Numbered from the stretch's first letter, positions 8,520-18,192 are shown. The stretch is 27,481 nucleotides of DNA from Sulfolobales archaeon (GCA_038841535.1 JAWBTQ010000017.1:1-27481), one strand, 5' to 3'. The notes: generated by a model from the letters alone, not told the origin. Made by a program: numbers and translations.

Positions 8520-10208
8520 ATAAAGGTAAAACTAATTTTTGTAGCTGCTCTAGCCTTAGTACTATTAACTTCATCACTTATCTTACTGGTCTATTGGAGG
8601 CCTTCTGGAGCTCCCGAGAAGCTGAGAAAGATGGTCATAGAACCCGTTCCAGCAACGAGAACGCCCGAGCCTCCCTCAGCGGATCTTATGCCTCAGAAAC
8701 TACCGTGGGTAGTAGAAAAGAGCACTGAGGGAACAGACTCTTTTTACGCCGGAGGTATTCCGAGGAAGCCTGAGGTAGTTCTTAAGGTCGATGTCTCTGC
8801 GGATATCGTTGGAAAACTAGCTGAAGCCGTTGTTGAAGGCGATAAAGTATTCCTAGCGGACGGTCAGGGAATATACGCATTAAACAAGGATGACGGAAAC
8901 CTCGTGTGGGGTGTTGAAGTATACTCCGATGATCTAACACATAGAGCTGTGCGCGGTCCCGGCACCATAATCAAGTGGAGAGCTCTCGGACTCTGGAGGT
9001 TCGTGAAAACCTATGGCATTGGAAAATACCTATACGTAGCTACATCATCCTATCTTGACGTAGACGATGCCTACCTTCTAGCGATAGATAAAGACAGCGG
9101 TGAGCTTGTGTGGAAGGTGAGGTTAGAGTCTGAAGAAGGAGCTTCCTCTAAGTCTTCAGTAACATCAAATCTCTTAACAGTCGATGGGAAAGTTTTCGTT
9201 GGGTGCGTCGGTCCCGAAGGATACATTTTCGCTGTTAGCGAGAGTGGGGAGCTCTTGTGGCGTGAAAAGATTGGAGGAAACGTTAGAGGATTGACTTACG
9301 GAGAGGGAATGCTGTTTGCGACATCTGAGTATAGGAAAAAGCTTTATGCCTTCAACCCGGTGAGTGGGAGACCTCTTTGGATTTATGAGCACGACGCTGA
9401 GCTGATGACTCCATCTTATGGAGGAGGGAGAGTAGTTACTGTGGACTCCCTCGGTAGAATTCTGGCTATCTCCACCAATGGAGAACTTCTTTGGAAAAAG
9501 CACCTTGGGATAGGGGGAGATGTTGATACAAATTCCTACATAGCGTTAAGCAATAATTACATATACGCTGTTAGAAGCCTCGGTGAAAGACCCAGAAACC
9601 TTTACGTGCTCGACTTCAATGGAGGCATTGTTGGAAACTTCACTCTAGGTGTCGATGAAGATGGAGGTAGACCAGCTTCATCTCGAGATGTCGTGGTTCT
9701 TCCGGTGCTAAAGAAGGGCGGTGAGGGCAAGGTTTACTTACTGTGGAGAGGCTTCCATAAGCTAAGTGAATATCACTTTAGCGAGTGCGGTAGCAGCGGC
9801 TGGATGCCCAAGGTCAGTATAGCTTATGGTGAAATACTCGTAGTTGCGTGTCCAAGCACTCTATATAGATTAGCTGACGTAGTAAAGCCAACTATAGGTG
9901 GCATCGAAGTCTCGTACAACGAGACTTTAATTATTAAGGTCAAAGCCTACGACGAGCAGAGTGCTTTACACAAAGTCTTACTCGTTTACAGCATAAACAA
10001 CTCTCTATGGAACTACAAGGAAATGGATATCGCAAGAAGGTATGTGATGGAGCCAATTGGGGGGTATGGCTTGTGGGAAGAGTTCTATATTACTGAAGTG
10101 TCGATAGGAATCGGTAGAGTGGAGTTCTACGTGATCGCTATAGATAACGTAGGAAACTACCAATTAACGAACGTCTACGGATATAGGACTTTCTATGTGG
10201 AAACCTAA
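8520..10208 (+). CDS. Membrane-anchored or secreted PQQ-like beta-propeller protein with C-terminal beta-sandwich
   Basis: Repeated A...GxxxW blades (ALNKDDGNLVW, AIDKDSGELVW, AFNPVSGRPLW). The frame is open upstream of ATG 8631 and encodes KVKLIFVAALALVLLTSSLILLVYW (signal/TM) from ATA 8520. Confidence 0.75.
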   Translation: MKVKLIFVAALALVLLTSSLILLVYWRPSGAPEKLRKMVIEPVPATRTPEPPSADLMPQKLPWVVEKSTEGTDSFYAGGIPRKPEVVLKVDVSADIVGKLAEAVVEGDKVFLADGQGIYALNKDDGNLVWGVEVYSDDLTHRAVRGPGTIIKWRALGLWRFVKTYGIGKYLYVATSSYLDVDDAYLLAIDKDSGELVWKVRLESEEGASSKSSVTSNLLTVDGKVFVGCVGPEGYIFAVSESGELLWREKIGGNVRGLTYGEGMLFATSEYRKKLYAFNPVSGRPLWIYEHDAELMTPSYGGGRVVTVDSLGRILAISTNGELLWKKHLGIGGDVDTNSYIALSNNYIYAVRSLGERPRNLYVLDFNGGIVGNFTLGVDEDGGRPASSRDVVVLPVLKKGGEGKVYLLWRGFHKLSEYHFSECGSSGWMPKVSIAYGEILVVACPSTLYRLADVVKPTIGGIEVSYNETLIIKVKAYDEQSALHKVLLVYSINNSLWNYKEMDIARRYVMEPIGGYGLWEEFYITEVSIGIGRVEFYVIAIDNVGNYQLTNVYGYRTFYVET

Positions 10209-10492
10209 TCTGATAAGCTTAATCCAATTTTACGTGAAGCACTCGGGGCTTCGTCCACTGTCAAGCAGTTCTCTAACAGCTCTCCATTCTCTCACTTAGT
10301 GGTTCGAAATCCGGTAGTGCGTTAGCAACCAGCATTCATCGACTCTCCATAGTGTTAGTAGAACTCACTAGGTTCTTGTCCGGCGGATTTCCCAGGTTCT
10401 CTCTATTTAAGACAGACCATGGTTAGTTAATTCCTGAAACATCTTAGAACTGGGGATGCTGAGAACTAGTAATTACATATCAAAACGGCTAC

Positions 10493-10907
10493 CTTACCCG
10501 GAGTACTTAGCTCAAAACAGCAATAGAACCCCCAAGGTGAATTTCGGGGATGTTAACGCTTGGACTTATGGATACCTACTGAGAAGGATAATCGAAGTGA
10601 GAGAAGAATATTGTACCAGAGTGGAGCTCGTCAGCGAAGAGAACACATCCACAACCTGCCCAATCTGCAGAACCCGGGATAGAAACCTCGAGAGAGTACA
10701 CAGAGGACTACTGAGATGCTACAAACACGACAAGGTATTCAACGCAGACCTGATGGGAGCATACAACACATTACTCAAAACAAAACCATATCCCTGAGCC
10801 CCATACTCTGTGGGGTAGTGGTAATGCGCCTGAGACCAAGCGCAGAGCTGAACCCAGCAGAAGCTGAGAATGTAGACCCAAACCTCCCCAGAACCCTCGC
10901 CCTTTAG
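10493..10907 (+). pseudogene. tnpB: 5'-truncated, frameshifted TnpB of the IS200/IS605 family
   Basis: YP..AQ, EENTSTTCPIC, CYKH and FNADLMGAYN (Zn ribbon and RuvC-III); the tail continues in another frame (KTISLSP...RTLAL*) after a shift near 10780. Confidence 0.85.
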
Positions 10908-10924
10908 GGTGGGGAGGAGGTCAG
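10493..10924 (+). mobile_element. IS200/IS605-family relic with preserved right end
   Basis: Subterminal hairpin CCTCGCCC-TTTA-GGGTGGGG (10895-10914) followed by AGGAGGTCAG ending at 10924; left end and tnpA absent. Confidence 0.8.
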
Positions 10925-10945
10925 CTACTTCGAACTTATATGTAT

Positions 10946-10971
10946 TCGATCCCTTACGCCTTAGGGATCGA
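10946..10971. repeat. Perfect 9-bp inverted repeat between the IS end and the queC 3' end
   Basis: TCGATCCCT-N8-AGGGATCGA. Confidence 0.5.
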
Positions 10972-11016
10972 GGTAGTTGGGGGACTAGATAATGCTTTCG
11001 ATTAGGAGAGTTAACA

Positions 11017-11832
11017 TTACTTAGAGCCGGGAGCGCAGTCTACGTGTATGTAATAGTCTTCTACCTTAACGAACTCTTCTGCTGGTCCTGGGGGGTTTAA
11101 GTATTTAGTGCAATCCGGGATTCTGGCGTTTTTGAATGCTCTATGCCTGTTTATACAGCTCTCACATCTACCGCAGTGGTACTTCTCCGACAGGTAGCAG
11201 CTCCAGGTTCTATAGACTAAGTCTCCAAGGATGGAGTGGCACTTAGCTAGGTTTTCATGCTTCTTCAGGCTCTCGCGGCTAGGGCTCCATATCTCGAGCT
11301 TTCTACTATTTCGAAAATGGCATATCCTAATAGAGGTCTCAAGAGACTCTACGCACTCGGGACTACAGTCCGGGTACTTAGGCTCCCAGCTATCGCTTCT
11401 CGGAGCCACGTCATCGTACTGAGCGCCAAACACGACGTATACTTTCTCCCCACCGTACTCCTCCAAAACGGTGTAGGCGTAGGCCGAGGCTATAGCCAGC
11501 ATCACAACATTCCTCACTGGCACCACTACTGACGGTGTATAGTGCTCTCGAACAAGCACACGGTCGTCTGTGAGCTGGGTACCTCTCCAGAGGTCCTTCA
11601 TGAAGGATATGTCGACAATTCTATGCTCCACGATCTCCCCCCAATCTCCAGTCTTCGCTATCTCACTAAGGTCTAAGAGGATGGACTTAAGAGCGTCTAC
11701 TTCAGCAGAACCCTTCTGCCCATAAATAAACGTTAAGACGTGGATTCGACACCCTCTCGCAAGCCACTGAGCCATATAGCAAGTGCTGTCGATACCTCCA
11801 GAGACTACTGCAACCACTCTACACACATCCAT
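11017..11832 (-). CDS. queC: 7-cyano-7-deazaguanine (preQ0) synthase
   Basis: VSGGIDS PP-loop, YGQK, VPVRN, YPDC and [13 protein letters not shown] Zn site; start more likely ATG 11832 or GTG 11826 than TTG 11910. Confidence 0.9.
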   Translation of the reverse strand: MDVCRVVAVVSGGIDSTCYMAQWLARGCRIHVLTFIYGQKGSAEVDALKSILLDLSEIAKTGDWGEIVEHRIVDISFMKDLWRGTQLTDDRVLVREHYTPSVVVPVRNVVMLAIASAYAYTVLEEYGGEKVYVVFGAQYDDVAPRSDSWEPKYPDCSPECVESLETSIRICHFRNSRKLEIWSPSRESLKKHENLAKCHSILGDLVYRTWSCYLSEKYHCGRCESCINRHRAFKNARIPDCTKYLNPPGPAEEFVKVEDYYIHVDCAPGSK

Positions 11833-12204
11833 CACCACAAACAACCCGAACCACGCACTAAAAAGCCCGAACCCACGAACCAAAGTATCTAGTGAATGAT
11901 CTCTCAGCAAGTCTTGTGAAGACCGAGCTAGGCTAACTTTAATTATTGGTGTCTGCCTTCCTATACGCTTACCCCGCTTCTAAAGGCTTTTAGAGAGCCG
12001 GGAAGCCAGTTGGTTGACTAGAAAGGTCTTAGTTTCTTTATCGTCGATAACTGTTTTTGTAGTTGAGGATTAGGTATGGGGTCTATGAGGGTGTTGATTT
12101 CAGCTAGTGCCAGGCATGTTGAGGTGAATGAATCGAATTCTCGGGTAAGTTATAGCAATTTTAGTGTGGTTAAGCAATTGTTCGCCATGTTTTAGGTGTC
12201 GAGC

Positions 12205-15200
12205 ATGCCGATAGCTCAAGAGTCTGTGGTAAACGCTAGACTGGCTGAGGTCCTCGGCAGGAGCTTCGGTATTATGTGTAGAGCTGAGGAGGTGCGTGGG
12301 GAGGGGACTAGTGTTAGGTGCTACTGCGGGAGTATGAGAGCGGTTATTGAGGCTTCTTACTCGGCTAATAGTGCCGAAAAGCGTGCTGAGAATAGAGTGA
12401 AGGAGGGTCTCGCGGATATGGCCATCGCAGTACACTACACTAGGGAATTTCCAGACGCACCTGAGGTAGAGCTCGACGAGCTCATCGGAAGCTCCACTTT
12501 CGATGTTAAGCTAATTACACATGGTAGGCTGAAGAGCTTAGTTGAGCGTGTTGTAAGTAAGGAAGTAGCTGGAGCATCTAGGAGTGAGTGGCTCAAGAGT
12601 CTTGGATTAGATGTGATAGCGGACTTAGTGAAGCAGTTTGCGGCTTACTTTATAGATGAGAAAGAAGCTGGAGAAGAAATAGAGAGAGTTAGGCAGGTAG
12701 TTAGAGAATTCGTAAGTATTGTGTGTAGTATCGAGGGTTCCACGGCTCTTCGCGGTAGGGTAGCTGACGCACTGTACAAGCTCCACGGATTTAGTATAGC
12801 GCAAGCTGAGGACTCCGAGGTCATCTTCGGTCAGGCAGCTCTTGCTATACTGCTTTCAGCAGTACTCTACGAACACCTTAGACATACCCATAGGGGGCTT
12901 AAACCTTTAGGTAACTACGTCGAGAACTTCGGCCCAATTCCCGGGCTCAGAAAGGCTTTAGAGGAGATGCTTAAAGTGAGCTATGAACCAATACTTAAGC
13001 TTGCTGTAGAGGTCTTAAGCAGCTTACCACTAGAGCTAAGCGTGTGTGTATATAACTTAGTCAATAGAGCTCTAGCTATTGCGAGTAAACCCCACATGCT
13101 CTCAAGAGACTTTGCTGGGAGAGTCTACCACGCTATTACTGGTGATATAGCCGTGAGAAAGGGGTTTGCCACATTTTATACAGAGATTCCAGTAGCTTAC
13201 TTACTTTCAGAACTAGCGTTGAGGACTGTATTCGGTTTAGATGAGCTAGGGAGGCTCACGGAGGATAGAGTTAGGGAAGTTCTAGAAGTCGTGCCGAAGT
13301 TGAAGATAGCTGACTTCGCTTGCGGTAGCGGAACTCTACTCACGGCATCACTCTACAGCGTATCTAGGATTACTGAAGCCCTGAGCTATCTATACGGTCT
13401 TGAGAGCCGCGATGTTACGAAGGAAATTGTCGAAGGAGGTATTTATGGTTTTGATGCTCTAAAGTACGCAGCTCAGATTACAGCCGTAAACTTAGCTCTC
13501 ATGAGTAAAGCAACTACTACTAAACGAAACATCTACACTACCTACTTAGGTTACATACCAAGTAGGGGGTGTTGGTTGGGCTCATTAGAGCTACTGAAAG
13601 AAGATGGCAGGCCGGCCGAAATCCCCTGCCTCATAGATGCGAACTTAAGCAGAGAGGGTTGCGGAGTCTCAACATATAGTGTAGTCGGGGGTATGAAGTT
13701 GCCGGCGGAGTTCGACATAGTGGTCATGAACCCACCTTTTACTAGAGCTACTGGAAGAGTGAGTAAGAAGTTCGAAGAAGGTAGGGAGGGCTTGTTTGGG
13801 TTCGTAACTGACAGGAGTGCCAGAGAGTGTTTGAGGAGGAGGTACGATAGTTTCCGCTCAAGGGTTAGACGGTCTCTAATAGCTATAGCTGAGAGGCTAT
13901 TTAGAGAGGAAGGTGGTATATTGCAGCACTTACGCCCACTAAGTAACCAAATGGAGTCCAAGAACTACGGAGTCAGCGGATTCTATAGCATAGGTCAGGC
14001 CGGTGAAGGGCTACTCTTTCTTTATCTGGCATATAAGTACGTGAAGCCTGGGGGAGTCATAGCGTTCGTCCTACCTAAAAACATTCTTTCAGGTGTTGCC
14101 TGGTTTCTCGCTAGAGTTCTTCTACTGTCGGAATTCCACTTAAAGTACGTCGTAGTCAGTAGTGACAGTAAAAATGGGTATAACTTCTCCGAGGGCGCAA
14201 GCCTCAGTGAGTGTCTAATAGTAGCAAGGAGAGTAAGTAAGCACGACCCGAGCGAAGAGACTGTTTTCGTTAACTTACTGGCTAAACCCGGGTCTCTACT
14301 AGATGCCACAGTATTCGCAGATAAACTCATGAGAGTGGGTAAGTGTTCGAGCAAAATGAGTAGGGTGCTATTAGGGCTAGATAGCGGCACTAGAGCGCTA
14401 ATTACGAAAGTTAGTAGGGTCGATTTACTCAGGAACGTGGATAACATCAATAGGTTCGTGGCTTTTCCCGAGCAAGAAGTGGTGAGAGATGCTTTGGACA
14501 TTGTGGAGAGGGGTAGTCTCGGGGTTGAGGGTGTAGAAGTCCCGGTCACGAAGTTGTATAGTATCGTAGAAACCATAGGTGTTTCTAGTACTCTTTTTCA
14601 CGAGCTCTACAGTCCTACCGAAGAAACTACACCATACCCAATTGTTTTTGGAGGAAGTGAGGTTGTACGCTCGTCAATGAAGGTTAAACCGAATATGTAT
14701 GCGCGTTTGAAAACTAAGAGAGGAGACCGAGTGTTTCAAAGGTTCGCCGGTAGAGTGTTAGTGCCGGATAGGATATGGGTTGATACTGCTCACGTAGTAT
14801 CTCTCTACTCCGATATCCCGGTGCTATCCAACATATTTTACGTAATCAAGCTTAGAAATCCCTCGGTGGTTGCTGAGAAAGCAATAGCTCTCTGGCTAAA
14901 TACTACCTGGGGGATTATGACAGTCCTTCTAAACAGGGAGGAGACTAGAGGTAGGTGGGTTAGGCTGAAGGCATCTCAGTGGAGGCTCTTACCAGTTATT
15001 GACGTAGAAAGTCTTGGCTTCGAGGTAGTTAGTAGACTAGCTAGAGCATTCGATACTGTATCAATGAAGACCCCCAGGAGAATACCAGATCAGTTCTCGA
15101 AGGACTCAAAAGAGGTAGACCCTATTAGGGTCGAGATAGACCTAGAGTTCCTTAAAGCAGTTAACCCAGAGGTAAACGAAGATAGAGCAAAGCTGCAGCT

Positions 15201-15291
15201 TTACGAAATTTATGAGAGACTTGCGGTCGCCTTTGACAGGTGGATTGGAGCAACTAATATCAGTAAAGAAATGGAGCAACCCTCCCGGTAG
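12205..15291 (+). CDS. Large N6-adenine DNA methyltransferase with Type IIG-like architecture (nuclease-like N-terminus, MTase, target-recognition C-terminus)
   Basis: FYT (motif X), DFACGSG (motif I, 13312), MNPPF (motif IV, 13729) and VKPGGVIAFVLP; GGTGT RBS 5 nt before ATG 12205. Confidence 0.85.
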   Translation: MPIAQESVVNARLAEVLGRSFGIMCRAEEVRGEGTSVRCYCGSMRAVIEASYSANSAEKRAENRVKEGLADMAIAVHYTREFPDAPEVELDELIGSSTFDVKLITHGRLKSLVERVVSKEVAGASRSEWLKSLGLDVIADLVKQFAAYFIDEKEAGEEIERVRQVVREFVSIVCSIEGSTALRGRVADALYKLHGFSIAQAEDSEVIFGQAALAILLSAVLYEHLRHTHRGLKPLGNYVENFGPIPGLRKALEEMLKVSYEPILKLAVEVLSSLPLELSVCVYNLVNRALAIASKPHMLSRDFAGRVYHAITGDIAVRKGFATFYTEIPVAYLLSELALRTVFGLDELGRLTEDRVREVLEVVPKLKIADFACGSGTLLTASLYSVSRITEALSYLYGLESRDVTKEIVEGGIYGFDALKYAAQITAVNLALMSKATTTKRNIYTTYLGYIPSRGCWLGSLELLKEDGRPAEIPCLIDANLSREGCGVSTYSVVGGMKLPAEFDIVVMNPPFTRATGRVSKKFEEGREGLFGFVTDRSARECLRRRYDSFRSRVRRSLIAIAERLFREEGGILQHLRPLSNQMESKNYGVSGFYSIGQAGEGLLFLYLAYKYVKPGGVIAFVLPKNILSGVAWFLARVLLLSEFHLKYVVVSSDSKNGYNFSEGASLSECLIVARRVSKHDPSEETVFVNLLAKPGSLLDATVFADKLMRVGKCSSKMSRVLLGLDSGTRALITKVSRVDLLRNVDNINRFVAFPEQEVVRDALDIVERGSLGVEGVEVPVTKLYSIVETIGVSSTLFHELYSPTEETTPYPIVFGGSEVVRSSMKVKPNMYARLKTKRGDRVFQRFAGRVLVPDRIWVDTAHVVSLYSDIPVLSNIFYVIKLRNPSVVAEKAIALWLNTTWGIMTVLLNREETRGRWVRLKASQWRLLPVIDVESLGFEVVSRLARAFDTVSMKTPRRIPDQFSKDSKEVDPIRVEIDLEFLKAVNPEVNEDRAKLQLYEIYERLAVAFDRWIGATNISKEMEQPSR

Positions 15292-15368
15292 TTCTTACAT
15301 ATCTCTGTGAAAAAAGAGCTATGCTTTAGGCTTACACGACGCGCGTGGTTTTCGATTGATTCGCTCTG

Positions 15369-18113
15369 TTGACTGAGGCATCTCAGACTCGGGTGGGTGA
15401 TGGCTTAATATGTAAGGCCTCCTATAGTAAGGGGGAACGAAAAATAGGGGGGACATACCATTCCCTAGAGGTATCAGAAGTCGTCCGCGGGCTTAACACT
15501 AATGTAGAGCGGGGTCTAGCAGACGAAGAGGCCACTAAGAGGCTGCGTGAATTCGGGATGAACGTCATCGAGGTAAGGAGAGTGAGTCCCCTAAGGATGT
15601 TTTTGAGGCAGTTCGCGAATTTCCTAATAGGTATACTGCTAGTTGCTACAGCTATATCAGCAGTTCTCGGCGAGCTCATAGATGCTGCCGCTATAGCGGT
15701 CATAGTAGTGGTAATGGGTGTAATGGGGTTTGCTCAAGAGTATAAGGCCGAGAGGATTATGGAGACTCTTAGGAAGTTTGCGATCCCTAAATGCAGGGTT
15801 TTGAGGAGTGGGAGAGTAGTCGAGGTAGACCCTGCCGAACTCGTACCGGGAGACGTAATAATACTAAGAGAAGGGGACCTAGTACCGGCAGACGGGAGGC
15901 TAGTTGAGGTAGAAGACCTGGAGGTAGATGAATCGCCTCTAACAGGTGAGTCAACCCCGGTTGAGAAGTCTTCTGACACCGTGCTACCTCACGAGACACC
16001 TGTTAGCGATAGGGTAAACATGGTATTCCGAGGTACTATGGTAGTTCGTGGCAGGGGGAAAGCCGTCGTCGTTGCCACGGGAATGGATACCGAGTTGGGT
16101 AGGATAGCTAAGGCTGTATCTGAGGTTAAAGAAGAGAGAACTCCACTAGAGAGGGAACTAGACAAGTTCGGCAGGAGGATAGGAGTCGTAATACTCATTA
16201 TAGCTGGAGTAGTGTTCGCCACATCGATAGTTGAGGGTTACTTAGACGTGCTAGAGTCGTTTATGACAGCAGTAGCTCTGGCTGTCGCGGCTATACCTGA
16301 AGGACTACCGGCTATAGCTACAGCCGTGCTAGCTATTGGTGCGCACAGGATGGCCGAAAAGAATGCTTTAGTGAGGAGGCTAGCTGCTGTCGAGGCACTA
16401 GGTTCTGTCGACGTTATATGTAGTGATAAGACGGGCACTATTACGAAGGGGGAGATGGCTGTTAAAGTAGTTAAGATCCTCGATTCAACTTACGAAGTCC
16501 GTGGGAACAGAAAGGAGGGAAGAGCAGACTTTGTGTTAGTAAGTGGTGAGAGAGCTGACACTGTGCTGAAAAAACTCCTAGAGTTTCTAGTAGTACATAC
16601 AGCTCCTGACGTGGAATTGAGTTATCGGAGCGAGAAGATTACTGCTAAAGGCCCGCCGACAGAAGTTGCGGCAGCCGTATTGGCTCATAGTGGTTTAGGT
16701 AGGGAGGAATTAGATAAGGCTTTCAAGGAGCTACAGACAGTTGACGTCAATCCGTTCGACAGGTTTAGAAAGAGGAAGTCAACAGTTCACAAGTATCAGA
16801 ATGGATATGTGGTCATAGTTTCAGGAGCCCCTGAAGTACTCCTCAAAAACTCAACGAAGATCGCTTTACGGAACGGTGAAGCCCCCCTCGCGGAAAGATT
16901 TTACGCAATAGCGTTGAAAGGAATTGACGAGCTGGCTTCGGCAGGCTATAGAACCCTTGGGGTAGCCTACAAAGTCCTCGAGGAATACACGGAAGACCTA
17001 GACCCAGAGGATATCGAGAAGGACCTTACCTTCTTAGGTGTCTTAGGGATAATCGACCCACCGAGAGAGGGTGTGAGGGAGGCTGTTGAAGCTGCTAGGA
17101 GAGCTGGTATAAAAGTAGTAATGGTAACTGGAGACCATAAGCTAACAGCAACTGCTGTAGCTAGAATGGTCGGTATCGACGTGGACGAGGGGTTAGTCGT
17201 CGAAGGCCGCGAGCTTGACGCGATGAGTGATGAGGAGCTAGTGAAAATCGTAGATAAAGTATCTGTTTTCTCTAGAGTGACTCCAGAGCACAAAGCTCGC
17301 ATAGTTCGAGCGCTAAAGCGTAGAGGATATAGAGTAGCTATGACGGGTGACGGAGTTAACGATGCGCCAGCTCTAAAGATGGCTGATGTAGGTGTAGCAA
17401 TGGGTATTAAGGGTACGGACGTAGCGAAGGAGGTTTCACAGCTAGTTCTACTTGACGACAACTTCGTAACCATAGTTGAGGCCGTAAAAGAGGGGAGGAT
17501 AATATTCGAGAACCTTAAGAAGCCGATAAACTACCTACTGACCTGCAACTTCGGTGAAGTCGCATCCCTCTTCGGCTCTCAGCTCTTGTTCCTACCGCCC
17601 CCACTAAAGCCCATACACTTACTTTGGGTAAACGTGACAACAGATGCTCTTCCAGCCATCGCACTAGGGCTCGAGCCAGCCGAACCAGGCATTATGAGCA
17701 GACCCCCGAGGTCGTCGAGTGAAGGATTTATAACTAAGAGAAAGAGCGCTTACTATTTAGCGATGGGCTCGATAGTTGGGGGACTGACTCTCGCTGTCTA
17801 CTGGAGGTTCCTGGGAGTCTCCTACGAGCTCGCGCAAACACTGGCCTTTACTGCTTTAGTGATCTCGGAGTTTGGGAGAGTGTTAGTATCGAGAAGCGAA
17901 AACACCCCGATATGGAGGATTCCGTGGAACAAGTGGATAGTTCCTGCCCTGATAGGGTCACTAGTGCTCCAACTCATAGTCCTCTACTCACCGCTATCCT
18001 CAATATTTAAGGTAGTACCCATACCAGCTCATCTATGGCTCTACTTAGCAGTCATACCTCCAGTCATTGTAGCAGTTGACGAGACGAGAAAGTTACTAAA
18101 ACTTAAGATATAA
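15369..18113 (+). CDS. P-type cation-transporting ATPase (P2, Ca2+-type)
   Basis: TGES, AIPEGLP, DKTGT, DPPR, TGD, GDGVNDAPALK and WVNVTTD motifs; start uncertain (TTG 15369, GTG 15393 or ATA 15444). Confidence 0.92.
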   Translation: MTEASQTRVGDGLICKASYSKGERKIGGTYHSLEVSEVVRGLNTNVERGLADEEATKRLREFGMNVIEVRRVSPLRMFLRQFANFLIGILLVATAISAVLGELIDAAAIAVIVVVMGVMGFAQEYKAERIMETLRKFAIPKCRVLRSGRVVEVDPAELVPGDVIILREGDLVPADGRLVEVEDLEVDESPLTGESTPVEKSSDTVLPHETPVSDRVNMVFRGTMVVRGRGKAVVVATGMDTELGRIAKAVSEVKEERTPLERELDKFGRRIGVVILIIAGVVFATSIVEGYLDVLESFMTAVALAVAAIPEGLPAIATAVLAIGAHRMAEKNALVRRLAAVEALGSVDVICSDKTGTITKGEMAVKVVKILDSTYEVRGNRKEGRADFVLVSGERADTVLKKLLEFLVVHTAPDVELSYRSEKITAKGPPTEVAAAVLAHSGLGREELDKAFKELQTVDVNPFDRFRKRKSTVHKYQNGYVVIVSGAPEVLLKNSTKIALRNGEAPLAERFYAIALKGIDELASAGYRTLGVAYKVLEEYTEDLDPEDIEKDLTFLGVLGIIDPPREGVREAVEAARRAGIKVVMVTGDHKLTATAVARMVGIDVDEGLVVEGRELDAMSDEELVKIVDKVSVFSRVTPEHKARIVRALKRRGYRVAMTGDGVNDAPALKMADVGVAMGIKGTDVAKEVSQLVLLDDNFVTIVEAVKEGRIIFENLKKPINYLLTCNFGEVASLFGSQLLFLPPPLKPIHLLWVNVTTDALPAIALGLEPAEPGIMSRPPRSSSEGFITKRKSAYYLAMGSIVGGLTLAVYWRFLGVSYELAQTLAFTALVISEFGRVLVSRSENTPIWRIPWNKWIVPALIGSLVLQLIVLYSPLSSIFKVVPIPAHLWLYLAVIPPVIVAVDETRKLLKLKI

Positions 18114-18192
18114 TGACTTTAGATATAGTGGCTCATAATCTCTAAAATTAGCTATTTGCCTCAAAGTTGCTCTAGAGTAGAAGACTCTGCGT

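Noticed and set aside
10301-10312. GGTTCGAAATCC resembling a tRNA T-arm
   Set aside because: Extra base in the loop and no acceptor, D or anticodon stems around it
11845-11882. Short imperfect repeats CCCGAACCACG / CCCGAACCCACG upstream of queC (considered as a riboswitch or operator)
   Set aside because: Only two short copies and no recognisable preQ1 riboswitch features
11833-11910. 26-codon N-terminal extension of QueC in the ORF track
   Set aside because: Not QueC-like; GGTG RBS and ATG/GTG lie just before the PP-loop strand
12076-12195. 39-codon ORF (MGSMRVLISAS...) directly before the methyltransferase, considered as a controller protein
   Set aside because: No HTH or other motif and too short to support
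13551-17473. Numerous antisense ORFs opposite the MTase and P-type ATPase (likewise opposite mscS, herA, purA and the ABC genes)
   Set aside because: Ser/Thr-rich shadow frames of well-supported genes, with no motifs or RBS
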